Source: an uncultured Candidatus Binatia bacterium
Lineage (GTDB): Bacteria > Desulfobacterota > Binatia > UBA9968 > JAJDTQ01
DNA: 64,000 nucleotides
NCBI GenBank assembly: GCA_964291295.2
Contig: OZ219754.1
Location: 224,001 to 288,000 of the forward strand
Direction of reading: 5' to 3'
Shown: piece after piece, positions 54,313-63,465 of the stretch
Position numbering within the stretch: the stretch's first letter is position 1
How the letters are laid out: the number at the start of each line of letters is the position of its first letter
Translations under genes and position numbers: made by a program
Notes under the pieces: model-generated
Told to the model about the DNA's origin: nothing
The model's input: only the letters and a program-made list of their open reading frames with translations
The model's database searches: none

Positions 54313-54738
54313 ATGCGTCTCTGGAGCATTCATCCCGGGCATCTCGACCCCCGCGGGCTGGTCGCGCTGTGGCGGGAGGGTCTGCTCGCCCAAGCGGTTC
54401 TGCAGGAGGCAACGAAAGGATACCGGCATCATCCCCAGCTCGCCCGGTTCCGCGCGCAGTCGTCGCCGGTGTCATTCATCGCCGCGTATCTCAAGGCCGT
54501 GCACGCCGAATCGGTGGAGCGGGGATACCGGTTCGACGCGACCAGGATCGCGCCCGGTGGTACCGCGGAACACATGGATGTGCCGCGAGGCCAGATCGAC
54601 TTTGAATGGTGTCATCTGAAGAGGAAGCTTGAGGCGCGCGCACCCGAGTGGCTCGACCGGCAAGCGGCGTCCACGCCGCGGGTCCATCCGCTGTTCCGGG
54701 TCGTACCGGGCGGGATCGCCGACTGGGAACGACCATGA
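54313..54738 (+). CDS. Pyrimidine dimer DNA glycosylase/endonuclease V family protein
   Basis: MRLWSIHP.HLD..GLVALWREGLLAQAVL...TKGYRHHPQL.RF. Confidence 0.85.
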   Translation: MRLWSIHPGHLDPRGLVALWREGLLAQAVLQEATKGYRHHPQLARFRAQSSPVSFIAAYLKAVHAESVERGYRFDATRIAPGGTAEHMDVPRGQIDFEWCHLKRKLEARAPEWLDRQAASTPRVHPLFRVVPGGIADWERP

Positions 54739-54768
54739 CCGTCACGGCCTGACCGGATGCATTGCGCC

Positions 54769-54887
54769 ATGCGCGTGAATCGCAAGAGACAATGCTCTAT
54801 CGAGCCGTGGGAAGCTTGCCAGACATTTCACCAGCACCCACGCCGAGTACCCCGTCATACCCCGTCATCAACGTAGAGGAGGTGTGA
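54769..54887 (+). pseudogene. higB: HigB toxin remnant (internal deletion and frameshifts)
   Basis: MRV...IEPWEA N-terminus is fused to F.STHAEY..INVEEV*, with the C-terminus broken by a 10-bp duplication TACCCCGTCA. Stop lies 1 nt before the higA ATG. Confidence 0.6.
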
Positions 54888-54888
54888 C

Positions 54889-55290
54889 ATGGCCAACAGC
54901 GGGATCAAGCCGATCCGGACCGAGCAGGATTACGAAGCCGCGCTTGCGCGGATCAACGCACTGATGGATGCGGAGCCCGGTAGCGCCGAGTTCGTCGAAC
55001 TCGACGTTCTGACCGATCTCGTCGAGCTTCATGAAAGCAGGAACAAGCCCATGGGCTATCCCGGCCCCGCGGCCGCCATCGAGTTCCGTATGGAACAGGG
55101 GAAACTGAGCCCAAGCGACCTGGTCCCGTTCATTGGAAGCCGCGCCAAGGTCTCGGAGATTCTCTCCGGCAAGCGCAGGCTCACCCTGCCGATGGCACGG
55201 GCGCTCCACGAGCATTTCGGGATTCCCGCGGACGTGCTGCTGAGCGAACCGGAAGTCGTATCCGGCAACCCCATGACCAAAATGGAATAG
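54889..55290 (+). CDS. higA: HigA-like HTH antitoxin, probably truncated from a longer HigA-ImmA/IrrE protein
   Basis: IKPIRTEQDYEAAL...AIEFRMEQ...IGSRAKVSEILSGKR.LTL.M.RALH. The reading frame continues with plausible sequence past two stops. Confidence 0.82.
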   Translation: MANSGIKPIRTEQDYEAALARINALMDAEPGSAEFVELDVLTDLVELHESRNKPMGYPGPAAAIEFRMEQGKLSPSDLVPFIGSRAKVSEILSGKRRLTLPMARALHEHFGIPADVLLSEPEVVSGNPMTKME

Positions 55291-55421
55291 AGCCGCTTTC
55301 CCGTCAGGGCGATGGCAAAGCTGAACTGAATCCCGGACGGACCGGAACTTGTGGGGCGCGCCGAGGCGGTCATCCGTGACCTGATCCATCGGGCGGGCAG
55401 ACCGGACGTGGCCGCCGCCGC

Positions 55422-56543
55422 TCACTCCAACGTCCGCAACTCCGGATATACTTCCGTTGCGAACAGTTCCATGCTCCGCCGGGTCTCGTCATGGGTCATG
55501 AAGCCCGCCTGGTTCATCATCAGCAGGTGGCCGACGCCGCAGCGGTGGTGCAGGTACTTGACCTTCTCGAGGACCTTTTTCGGGGTGCCGGCGATGATCA
55601 CCCCCTGTTTGACGAGTTCCTCGTAGCCGCGGTTGTAGCGCGCGTTGCCCTTGGGGTCGAAGAACCGGACGAGGCCCTGGGGCGGCACGAATCCGGGCGG
55701 AGCGAAGAAGCCCACCGGGCGCCGCTTGTTGAGATACCAGAGAAGCTTGCGGCCGCCTTCTTCGGCCTTCCTGTCGGTCTCGCCGGTGAAGGTCAGGGCG
55801 CAGTAGGCGAACTTGTCGCTGCCCGGCTCGGGGTAGTGCATCTCTTCGCAGCGTTTGCGGTAGGCGCCGAAGATGGCTTCGGTCTGGTCGTAGGAGGTGA
55901 GCACGGTGGCCAGGGTGTAGTGGTGATCCGCCACCCACGGCACGGCCGCCGGTTGGCTGCCGGTGATCCAGATGGGGGGATGGGGCTGCTGGTAGGGCCG
56001 CGGCCACGGGTTCACGTAGCGGTAATGGTAGTGCCGGCCCTCCCAGTTGAATACGTCCTGGGTCTTCCACGCCTTGAGGATCAGGTCATGGGCCTCCTGC
56101 ATGCGTTCCCGGGTATCCGACGGATTGGTGTTGGCGGGATGGACCTCGGTTCCCACACCCCGCACGAAGCCGGCGATGAGGCGACCGCCGGACATGACGT
56201 CGAGCATGGCGGCGTCCTCGGCCACCTGGATGGGGCTGCGGTGCGCCAGCGGGAAGCCCAGCACCAGGAGCCGGGCGCGCCGGGTGCGCCGCACCAGCGC
56301 GGCGGCGGTGATGGAGACATTGGCCGCCATGCAGGTGGCGGTGGCGTGGTGCTCGTTGAGCATGATCTCCATGCCCAGTTCGTCGGCGTACTCGTACTCG
56401 TCGAGGTAGCGGTGGTAAAGGTCGTGGGCGATCCTGGGGTCGCAGTAGCGGCTGGGCAGGGTCACGCGCATGGCCCCGTACGTTTCCTCCGCGTCGTCCG
56501 GCAGGAACGGATAGGGCATTTCGGTGAAGTGATAGGCCAGCAA
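55422..56543 (-). CDS. LLM-class flavin-dependent oxidoreductase
   Basis: YHFTEMPY, NEHH, GRLIAGFVRG, WPRPYQQPHPPIW and FATEVYP; TTG start after GGAGG. Confidence 0.88.
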   Translation of the reverse strand: MLAYHFTEMPYPFLPDDAEETYGAMRVTLPSRYCDPRIAHDLYHRYLDEYEYADELGMEIMLNEHHATATCMAANVSITAAALVRRTRRARLLVLGFPLAHRSPIQVAEDAAMLDVMSGGRLIAGFVRGVGTEVHPANTNPSDTRERMQEAHDLILKAWKTQDVFNWEGRHYHYRYVNPWPRPYQQPHPPIWITGSQPAAVPWVADHHYTLATVLTSYDQTEAIFGAYRKRCEEMHYPEPGSDKFAYCALTFTGETDRKAEEGGRKLLWYLNKRRPVGFFAPPGFVPPQGLVRFFDPKGNARYNRGYEELVKQGVIIAGTPKKVLEKVKYLHHRCGVGHLLMMNQAGFMTHDETRRSMELFATEVYPELRTLE

Positions 56544-56563
56544 GACGGCGCCTCCTGTCGGCT

Positions 56564-57355
56564 CTAACTCGCCAGGAACTCCCGGACCGCTCGGGCCAGC
56601 GCCTCGGGCCGCTCCCACTGCGGGTAGTGGCCGGCGCCCGGTATGGCGGTGAAGCGGGCACCCGGTATGGCCTCCTGGAAGGCGCGCCCGTAGTCCGGAG
56701 TCACCACCCGATCGCTCCCGCCCCAGAACACGTGGGCGGGCACCCGCACCCGGGTCAGCCGCCGCAAGAGCTTGGGATTGTGCATGAACGGACGCCAGGC
56801 GAACTTCAGCACCGACTGGCGGTTGCGCAGCAGCGTGAGCAGTTCGTCGCCCTCCACACCCTCCATGCCCGGCCACCGGAGCACCTTGGCCGCCGCCGGG
56901 TCGTGCCACGCCAGCCCGGCGGCTTCCTGCGCGGTGCGGACATAGAGGTCCTGCACGTCGCGCACGGTGGGACCCGAGACCTTGATGCCCACCGAGTCGA
57001 TCAACGCCAGATGTCGAATGTGGCGGTGCGAGCGCACCGCCATTTCCGCCGCCACCCAGCCGCCGAACCCGTGGCCGATGACGTCCACCGGACCCGCGTC
57101 CAGGGCCTCGATGGTGTCGAGTCCCAGGAAGGCCAAGTCCTCGATGTCGTCGATCCAGTCCGGCAGCTCCGATCGGTTCACTCCGGGCAGCGACGGCACC
57201 ACCGCCCGGGCACCTTTCGCCAGGGCGGCATCGAAGGGCGGCACCTGCGTATCGAGCTGGTCACCGTAGAGGATCACCACCGGGTTGCCGTCTCCGCGTT
57301 GGCGGACTCCCAGCTTGACGCCATCGACTTCCATGGTCCCGGAGCGCCATGTCAT
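56564..57355 (-). CDS. Alpha/beta hydrolase-fold protein lacking the nucleophile Ser
   Basis: Nucleophile elbow reads GHGFGG; WGGSD and GHYPQWERP present. Confidence 0.82.
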   Translation of the reverse strand: MTWRSGTMEVDGVKLGVRQRGDGNPVVILYGDQLDTQVPPFDAALAKGARAVVPSLPGVNRSELPDWIDDIEDLAFLGLDTIEALDAGPVDVIGHGFGGWVAAEMAVRSHRHIRHLALIDSVGIKVSGPTVRDVQDLYVRTAQEAAGLAWHDPAAAKVLRWPGMEGVEGDELLTLLRNRQSVLKFAWRPFMHNPKLLRRLTRVRVPAHVFWGGSDRVVTPDYGRAFQEAIPGARFTAIPGAGHYPQWERPEALARAVREFLAS

Positions 57356-58203
57356 GACCCCCCACCCTCCTCCGCGTGCCGCTTGATGAAATCGATGACC
57401 AATGCGTTGAATTTCTCCGGATGTTCCGCATGGGAGCAGTGCCGCGACTGGTCGAAGACCGTTGCCTCGGCTCCCGGTATCTCGGCCTGGAGGTCGGCGG
57501 CGTAGGTGGGAAACCGAAGCGGGTCCTGTGCCCCCGCCACGATCAGCACCGGACAACGGATCCTGCCATGGTCGGGCCGCGCCGGACGAAAGCCGCGGGC
57601 CTTTCCCCCGGGTGCCAGACGCGCCGCCGCGCAGGCCTCCCACACCCCCGGTTCCAGACTCGCCCGCCAGCGCTCCTCCACCACATCCTCGCTCCACCAG
57701 CGCTCGTGATAGAAGCAGACGCGCAGGATCGCGCGCATCTGCTCCCGCTCACCGGTGTAGCCGGTGAGCACCTTGCGTTGATGGTTGTCCGGCGCCTTGC
57801 CGCCGCCGCTCACGGTGATCACCGAAGCCACGTCAAAGCGCGGGTCCGCCGCCATCTGCAGGCAGAACCCGCCCCCGAAGGAGTTGCCGGCGAGGTGCAC
57901 CGGCCCGAGGCACAGGGTCCGAAGGAACCCGTCGATGTGCCGGAGCCGAAAACCCGGCGCATCGCTGAAGCTGTAGACGAGATCGGTGCGGCCGAAGCCG
58001 GCCAGGTCCGGTGCGTAGACGTGGAAGTGCTCGCCGAGTTGCGCGATGTTGCGGCGCCAACTGAACTCGGCCCGGCCGCCGAATTCGCCGCTGTGGATCA
58101 GCACCACCGTGGGGCCGCGGCCGACGCCGGCCTCGAGGTAGTGGGTCCGAATCTGACCCACCTGCACGTAGTGGCGGCTTACGCCCTCGGGAAGATCGCT
58201 CAC
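57352..58203 (-). CDS. Alpha/beta hydrolase (meta-cleavage hydrolase-like)
   Basis: PDLAGFG, GNSFGG, GAQD and HCSHAEHP; GTG start. Confidence 0.85.
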   Translation of the reverse strand: MSDLPEGVSRHYVQVGQIRTHYLEAGVGRGPTVVLIHSGEFGGRAEFSWRRNIAQLGEHFHVYAPDLAGFGRTDLVYSFSDAPGFRLRHIDGFLRTLCLGPVHLAGNSFGGGFCLQMAADPRFDVASVITVSGGGKAPDNHQRKVLTGYTGEREQMRAILRVCFYHERWWSEDVVEERWRASLEPGVWEACAAARLAPGGKARGFRPARPDHGRIRCPVLIVAGAQDPLRFPTYAADLQAEIPGAEATVFDQSRHCSHAEHPEKFNALVIDFIKRHAEEGGGS

Positions 58204-58392
58204 GGCCCCCTGCGTAACCAAAAGGCGTATGGCTGTCAACTTGACGACGGAGACGCCTGGCGCCCGTGCGGGACGGGCCTGAAGCTCCGGACTCGCAGGC
58301 TGTCCGCCTATGTGCTAGGGTCGGGTTTCTGTCCATGTGGCCCTGTCGCGCGCACGACGGAGCGCGAGACAGTATGCGAGACACGCTTCTGG

Positions 58393-58462
58393 CTTGATAC
58401 ATCAGACTTGATATTTCAGACCTGAAACTTGAGACCTGGAACTTGAGACCTGGAACTTGAAA
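58393..58462. repeat. Degenerate heptamer tandem array (10 units)
   Basis: CTTGATA CATCAGA CTTGATA TTTCAGA CCTGAAA CTTGAGA CCTGGAA CTTGAGA CCTGGAA CTTGAAA. Confidence 0.85.
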
Positions 58463-58478
58463 GACGCGGGGAGGCCGT

Positions 58479-59279
58479 ATGCACTGGGGTATGGAAAACA
58501 GGATGGCGCGCATCGTCCAGCCGGCGGACGGGCGTTGCGTGATGCTGGCCGTGGATCACGGCTACTTTCTGGGTCCGACCAGCGGCCTGGAGCAACCGCG
58601 GGAGACCATCGAGCCGCTGCTGCCCCACGCCGACGCCATCATGCTGACCCGCGGCGTGCTGCGCAATGCGGTGGACGCGGGCATGCAGGCGCCGGTGGTG
58701 CTGCGCGTATCCGGCGGCACCAGCATCCTCAAGGAACTCTCCAACGAGGAGGTCACCGTTTCCATCGAGGACGCCATCCGGCTCAACGTCTCGGCCATGG
58801 CGCTGTCGATCTTCGTGGGCTCGGAGTTCGAGAAGGAGACGCTGGTGAGCCTGGCCAGGCTGGTGGACGAGGGCGAGCGATACGGGATTCCCGTGCTCGC
58901 CGTCACCGCCGTGGGCAAGGACATGGCCCGGGACGAACGCTATCTGGGTCTGTCGTGCCGCATCGCCGCGGAACTGGGCGCCCACCTTGTCAAGACCTAC
59001 TACTGCGAGGGCTTCGAGAACGTGGTCCAGTCCTGCCCGATTCCGGTGATCGTGGCCGGCGGCAAGAAGACCCCGGAGATGGAGGCCCTGGAACTCACCA
59101 GGAACGCCGTGGACCACGGCGCCGTGGGCGTCGACATGGGCCGGAACATCTTCCAGTCCGACAGCCCCGCGGGGATGATCCGGGCGGTGCGGGCCATCGT
59201 TCACGACGGTGCTTCCGCCGAGGAAGCCTACGGCATGTACGAATCGTCGAAACCGCCGGCGGAACGGGCAACCGGCTGA
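58479..59279 (+). CDS. lsrF: LsrF-like DhnA-family aldolase/thiolase
   Basis: WGMENRM, MLAVDHGYFLGPT, ELGAHLVKTYY, AGGKK and GVDMGRNIFQ. Confidence 0.85.
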   Translation: MHWGMENRMARIVQPADGRCVMLAVDHGYFLGPTSGLEQPRETIEPLLPHADAIMLTRGVLRNAVDAGMQAPVVLRVSGGTSILKELSNEEVTVSIEDAIRLNVSAMALSIFVGSEFEKETLVSLARLVDEGERYGIPVLAVTAVGKDMARDERYLGLSCRIAAELGAHLVKTYYCEGFENVVQSCPIPVIVAGGKKTPEMEALELTRNAVDHGAVGVDMGRNIFQSDSPAGMIRAVRAIVHDGASAEEAYGMYESSKPPAERATG

Positions 59280-59391
59280 TGGACGTCAGACCCCCTCGGT
59301 GACACGGTGACGGCGACGGGGTAACAGGCGCGCCACCGCGCTCCTCTCCCGCCATTCCCGTGCGCGGTCAGCCGGACTTCAGGAACGAGCC

Positions 59392-60420
59392 ATGCGCGTC
59401 GCCATGTACTACAGCAACGACGACGTCCGGTTGGAGGAGTTGCCGGTTCCCATCGCGGGTCCGGGAGAGTTGCTGCTCAAGGTCCGGGCCAGCGGCATCT
59501 GCGGCACCGACGTGCTGGAGTGGTACCGGCGCGCGCAGGCACCCCGGGTGCTCGGACACGAGGTTGCCGGCGAGGTGACCGAGGTGGGCGCCGGGGTGAC
59601 GGGGTTCGCTCCCGGCGACCGCATCGTCACCACCCACCACGTGCCCTGCAACGACTGTCACCACTGCCGCTCCGGGCACGCCTCGGTCTGCCAACTGATG
59701 CGCGAGACCCGTTTCGACCCCGGCGGTTTTGCCGAGTATCTGAGGCTGCCCAAGGTCAACGTGGATTCCGGCACCTTCCGGCTTCCCGACTCGCTCTCCT
59801 TCGTGCAAGGCTCCTTCGTCGAACCACTGGGGTGCGTTGTCCGGGCGCAGGATCACGCTCGCGCGCCGCTGCAGGAAACCGTGCTGGTCATGGGCGCCGG
59901 CATCGCCGGTCTGCTGCACGTCCAGTTGGCCCGGAGCCGGGGCGCCAGAATCCTGGTCGCCACCGACATCAATCAGGAGCGACTGACGCTGGCGCGTTCC
60001 CTGGGCGCGCACCATGGATTCCACGCGGCGGACGACGTGCCGGCGCGCCTGCGCGAAGTGACCGGCGGCCGGCTGGCGAACCTCGTGATCGTCTGCACCG
60101 GCGCGACACCGGCGTTCCGGCAGGCGTTCCGGTGCGTCGAGCGCGGCGGCCGGCTGCTCTTCTTCGCCTCTCCCCCGGCCGGGCACGAAGTGCCCATGCC
60201 GCTCTACGAGATGTGGCGCGACGAGGTCGGCGTGGTCACCTCGTACGGTGCCAGCCCCCGGGATCTGGAGGATGCGGTGGATCTGCTGGCGAACGGCAAG
60301 GTACGCGTGGACGAACTCGTGACCCACCGGCTGCCGCTCGCCGAAACCGGGAGAGGGTTTCGGCTCGTCGCCGGCGCCAAGGATGCGCTGAAGGTCATCA
60401 TCGAGCCGCAACGGACCTGA
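59392..60420 (+). CDS. Zn-dependent dehydrogenase
   Basis: GICGTD, GHE, CxxCxxC...C and GAGIAG. Confidence 0.88.
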   Translation: MRVAMYYSNDDVRLEELPVPIAGPGELLLKVRASGICGTDVLEWYRRAQAPRVLGHEVAGEVTEVGAGVTGFAPGDRIVTTHHVPCNDCHHCRSGHASVCQLMRETRFDPGGFAEYLRLPKVNVDSGTFRLPDSLSFVQGSFVEPLGCVVRAQDHARAPLQETVLVMGAGIAGLLHVQLARSRGARILVATDINQERLTLARSLGAHHGFHAADDVPARLREVTGGRLANLVIVCTGATPAFRQAFRCVERGGRLLFFASPPAGHEVPMPLYEMWRDEVGVVTSYGASPRDLEDAVDLLANGKVRVDELVTHRLPLAETGRGFRLVAGAKDALKVIIEPQRT

Positions 60421-60477
60421 GGATCCGCCACACCCGCGAACGCATCCGGAACTCGGCCGGGGCCACGCAGGGGCGGC

Positions 60478-60684
60478 TCAATCGATCTCGGATGTTTCGG
60501 GGCGGGCTTCCCGGACCTTCCCCGCGGCTATCTCCCGCAGGGCCACGACGATCTCGCGGTTGTCGGCTTCCACCAACGGCTTGGCGCCCTTCAGAAGCTG
60601 CTTGGTGCGCTGTGAGCCCAGCATCACGAGCTTGAAGCGGTTGGAAACCTCGTGGAGGCAATCTTCGACGGTGATTCGTGCCAC
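60478..60684 (-). CDS. rpoZ: RNA polymerase omega subunit
   Basis: (M)ARITVEDC...NRFKLV...ALREIAAG; GTG start after AGGAG. Confidence 0.94.
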   Translation of the reverse strand: MARITVEDCLHEVSNRFKLVMLGSQRTKQLLKGAKPLVEADNREIVVALREIAAGKVREARPETSEID

Positions 60685-60698
60685 GGCACCCTCTCCTG

Positions 60699-61736
60699 TT
60701 ACGCCATGCCCTGCTGCGCCGGATGTTCGTCCTGTGCCGGCTCGTCCTGCCCCGGCGTCTCGATCTCGAACCCCAGATCCTCGATCATGCGGTGGGCGTC
60801 GGTCGCGGCCTGGCCGGATGTCGTCAGGTAGCCGTTGACGAAGATCGAGTTGGCCGGATAGAGGCTCAGCGGCTGCAGCGACCGCAGGTTGACTTCCCGG
60901 CCGCCGGCCACGCGGATCTCCTTGCTCGGATTGACGAAACGAAACAGGCACAGGACCTTCAGACAATACTGCGGCGTCAGATTCGACCGCCCTTCCATGG
61001 GAGTTCCCGGGATGGCTTGCAGAAAGTTCACCGGGATGGAGTCCACGTCCAGTTCCCGCAACGACACCGCCAAGTCCATGACATCGTCGTCCTGCTCTCC
61101 CAGCCCGATGATGCCGCCGCAACAGGTGGACAGCCCGGCGGCCTTGACGCTCTCCACGGTGGCGACGCGGTCATCGTAAGTGTGGGTGGAGACGACTTCC
61201 GGATGGTAGCGGTTGCTGGTGTTGAGATTGTGGTTGATCCGCTCGACGCCGGCGTCCTTGAGGATGCGCGCCTTGGTCTCGGTGAGCAGCCCCATGCACG
61301 CGCAGATGTGGATGGGAACCTTGCTCTTGATCTCGGCCACGGCCTCGGCCATCTTCTCGGTTTCCTTGAGCGTGGGACCGCGGCCGCTGTTGACCAGGCA
61401 GAAGCGCATGGCACCGGCTTCCCGGGCCTTGACCGCGGCGTCCACCAGTTCCGCCCTGGCGCGGAACGGGTATTTGTCGATCTCGGCCTCGGACACCGCC
61501 GACTGCGAGCAGTAGCCGCAGTCCTCGGGGCAAAGCCCGCTCTTGGCGTTCATCAGGACGTGGATCTGTACCTTCTTGCCGAAGTAGCGGTAACGGACCC
61601 GGAACGCGGCATCAAGCAATTCCGGCAGCCTCTCGTCGTCGCCCTTGATGACCGACTTCATTTCAGCGGGCGAAAGAAGCGCCCCGGCGAGCGCCTTCTC
61701 CGCCAGCGCGGAATACTCCGGCTCCACTTTGCTCAT
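60699..61736 (-). CDS. bioB: Biotin synthase
   Basis: [35 protein letters not shown] and RVAGGRE. Confidence 0.96.
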   Translation of the reverse strand: MSKVEPEYSALAEKALAGALLSPAEMKSVIKGDDERLPELLDAAFRVRYRYFGKKVQIHVLMNAKSGLCPEDCGYCSQSAVSEAEIDKYPFRARAELVDAAVKAREAGAMRFCLVNSGRGPTLKETEKMAEAVAEIKSKVPIHICACMGLLTETKARILKDAGVERINHNLNTSNRYHPEVVSTHTYDDRVATVESVKAAGLSTCCGGIIGLGEQDDDVMDLAVSLRELDVDSIPVNFLQAIPGTPMEGRSNLTPQYCLKVLCLFRFVNPSKEIRVAGGREVNLRSLQPLSLYPANSIFVNGYLTTSGQAATDAHRMIEDLGFEIETPGQDEPAQDEHPAQQGMA

Positions 61737-61798
61737 GGGACTTCCGTGTAACATGGGGGGTCCGGAGTTGCAACCGGACGGCCGGCCACAAGACGCCG

Positions 61799-62287
61799 TC
61801 AGCCGATGAAAAGTTCGAAGATCCGGCCCCGCTGGTTCGACACCGTTTTCGGCGTCAGCAGTTTCCGGTCGAGTGACAGCGCGCTCCGGGCGACCTCCCA
61901 GTTCGTCTGCGGCAACGGGTCCAGCAAGCGGATCTCGTCCAGCGAAAGATACAGGGCACGGTCCACCTCCCGCAGGTCCGGCGTCGGCTCCGGGGTGACT
62001 CCCCGCAGCAGCAGCACGACATAGATGCTGTTGCCGGAGTCCTCATCGCAGCGGCTGCGTACCCCGAGCACTCCCTCGACCTCCGCCTCCACACCCGCCT
62101 CCTCGGCCACCTCCCGGACCACCGCGTCCTCGATGGTCTCGTCGGGTTCGACGAAGCCGCCCGGCACCTGCCAGTTGCCGCGGCCGCGGCGCGACGCGCG
62201 CCGGACGAACAGCAGGCGTCCGTCCCGCACCACCGCTCCACCCACGCCGATGTTGTAGCCGGTGTTGTAGCGTTCCGGTATCGCCAT
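61799..62287 (-). CDS. NUDIX hydrolase
   Basis: Nudix box GGFVEPDETIEDAVVREVAEEAG. Confidence 0.9.
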   Translation of the reverse strand: MAIPERYNTGYNIGVGGAVVRDGRLLFVRRASRRGRGNWQVPGGFVEPDETIEDAVVREVAEEAGVEAEVEGVLGVRSRCDEDSGNSIYVVLLLRGVTPEPTPDLREVDRALYLSLDEIRLLDPLPQTNWEVARSALSLDRKLLTPKTVSNQRGRIFELFIG

Positions 62288-62405
62288 GTCGTCCTCTCCA
62301 TCCCGCCCGCCCGCTTCAGGTACGGGACCGCGTGGTGTTATACCTTGCGGCAGGAACACGCGTCCAGCGGCCTCGGCTACAGCGGCTCCGGGTCGCGCGC
62401 GGGAC

Positions 62406-62434
62406 ACGGGAGGAACGGGAGGAACGGGAGGAAC
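62406..62434 (+). repeat. 3 x 9-bp repeat ACGGGAGGA overlapping the RBS
   Basis: ACGGGAGGA x3 + AC directly before the ATG at 62439. Confidence 0.85.
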
Positions 62435-62438
62435 ATGA

Positions 62439-63185
62439 ATGGCTGACGCTCTGGGCTGGCGGCGCAAGTTCGCGGTCATCGCCCCCTCCACCAACACCTC
62501 GGTGCAACCCGAGTTCGACGACATGAGGCCGCCCGGCGTGACCAACCACTTCAGCCGGATCTGGATACCCGACGATCCCATCCACGACGACGCGGACTTC
62601 GAGCGGTTGATGGTGAACATTCGCGCGGAGGTGGACAACGCCATCGACCGCGTCATGACCTGCAGGCCGGACTACCTGATCATGGGCATGTCGTCGGAGA
62701 CCTTCTGGGACGGCGCCGAAGGAAGCCGGCGGTTGCTGGAGGCGGTGGAACGGCGGGCGGGGGTGCGGGTCGCCATGGGCTCCCGCGCCTGCGAGGCGGC
62801 GCTGGAAGTCTGCGGCGGCATCCGGCGCATCGGCGTGATCACGCCCTACATGCCCGTGGGGGACGCCCAGGTGGCGCGCTTTTTCACCGACTGCGGCTAT
62901 GAGGTGGTGCGCCTCAAGGGGCTCCGGTGCGAGAGTCCGGTGTTGATCGCCCATGTGCAGGCGGACGCGCTGGAGGCGGCGGTCGCCGAGGTGGATGGAA
63001 GCGATGTGGACGCGGTGGTCCAGGTGGGCACCAATCTGGCCATGGCACGGCTGGCGAACGAAGCGGAACGCCGCCTGGGCAAGCCGGTCATCGCCATCAA
63101 CACGGCCATCTACTGGTACGCGCTGCGGCAGAACGGTCTGTCGGACCAGTTCGACGGCTTCGGCAGACTGCTGTCGCGTTTCTAG
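62439..63185 (+). CDS. Maleate cis-trans isomerase/arylmalonate decarboxylase (Asp/Glu racemase) family protein
   Basis: PSTNT.V.PE, IGVITPY and GKPVIAIN; canonical catalytic Cys positions appear substituted. Confidence 0.8.
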   Translation: MADALGWRRKFAVIAPSTNTSVQPEFDDMRPPGVTNHFSRIWIPDDPIHDDADFERLMVNIRAEVDNAIDRVMTCRPDYLIMGMSSETFWDGAEGSRRLLEAVERRAGVRVAMGSRACEAALEVCGGIRRIGVITPYMPVGDAQVARFFTDCGYEVVRLKGLRCESPVLIAHVQADALEAAVAEVDGSDVDAVVQVGTNLAMARLANEAERRLGKPVIAINTAIYWYALRQNGLSDQFDGFGRLLSRF

Positions 63186-63386
63186 GAAGGTCTGAACAAC
63201 CCCGGGTTCGCCGGGGCTGAATGAACGAGATCAATGGGTTGCGAGCCTGCCGCTGGCGTGCCGCCGCCTTGTCCGGAACTTCCCGGGGGCAAGCCCGAAC
63301 AAGGCGACGGCGCGGCCGGGAGCGGCTCGCAGCCTGTTGATTCCATCGATTCGGCCCCGGCGAACCCGGGATTGTTCGAACCTTCC
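63185..63386. repeat. ~200-bp long imperfect inverted repeat (MITE/REPIN-like or structured RNA)
   Basis: Arms GGAAGG..GAACAACCCCGGGTTCGCCGGGGCTGAAT..ATCAATGGGTTGCGAGCC and GGCTCGCAGCCTGTTGAT..ATTCGGCCCCGGCGAACCCGGGATTGTTC..CCTTCC. Confidence 0.85.
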
Positions 63387-63465
63387 CCGGCGGCCTGTAC
63401 CGCGGGACGGCCGGCAGGACGGTCGCCCGTGGCCGATGGCACCCGCGCCGGGGACAGGAGAGCAC

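Noticed and set aside
53896-54738. 280-aa transposase-glycosylase fusion protein
   Set aside because: Degenerate IS fragment and low-complexity linker; the glycosylase family begins at MRLWS (54313).
63185-63386. Firm call as 6S RNA
   Set aside because: No clear central bubble or zapA/ygfA context; kept only as an unassigned hairpin.
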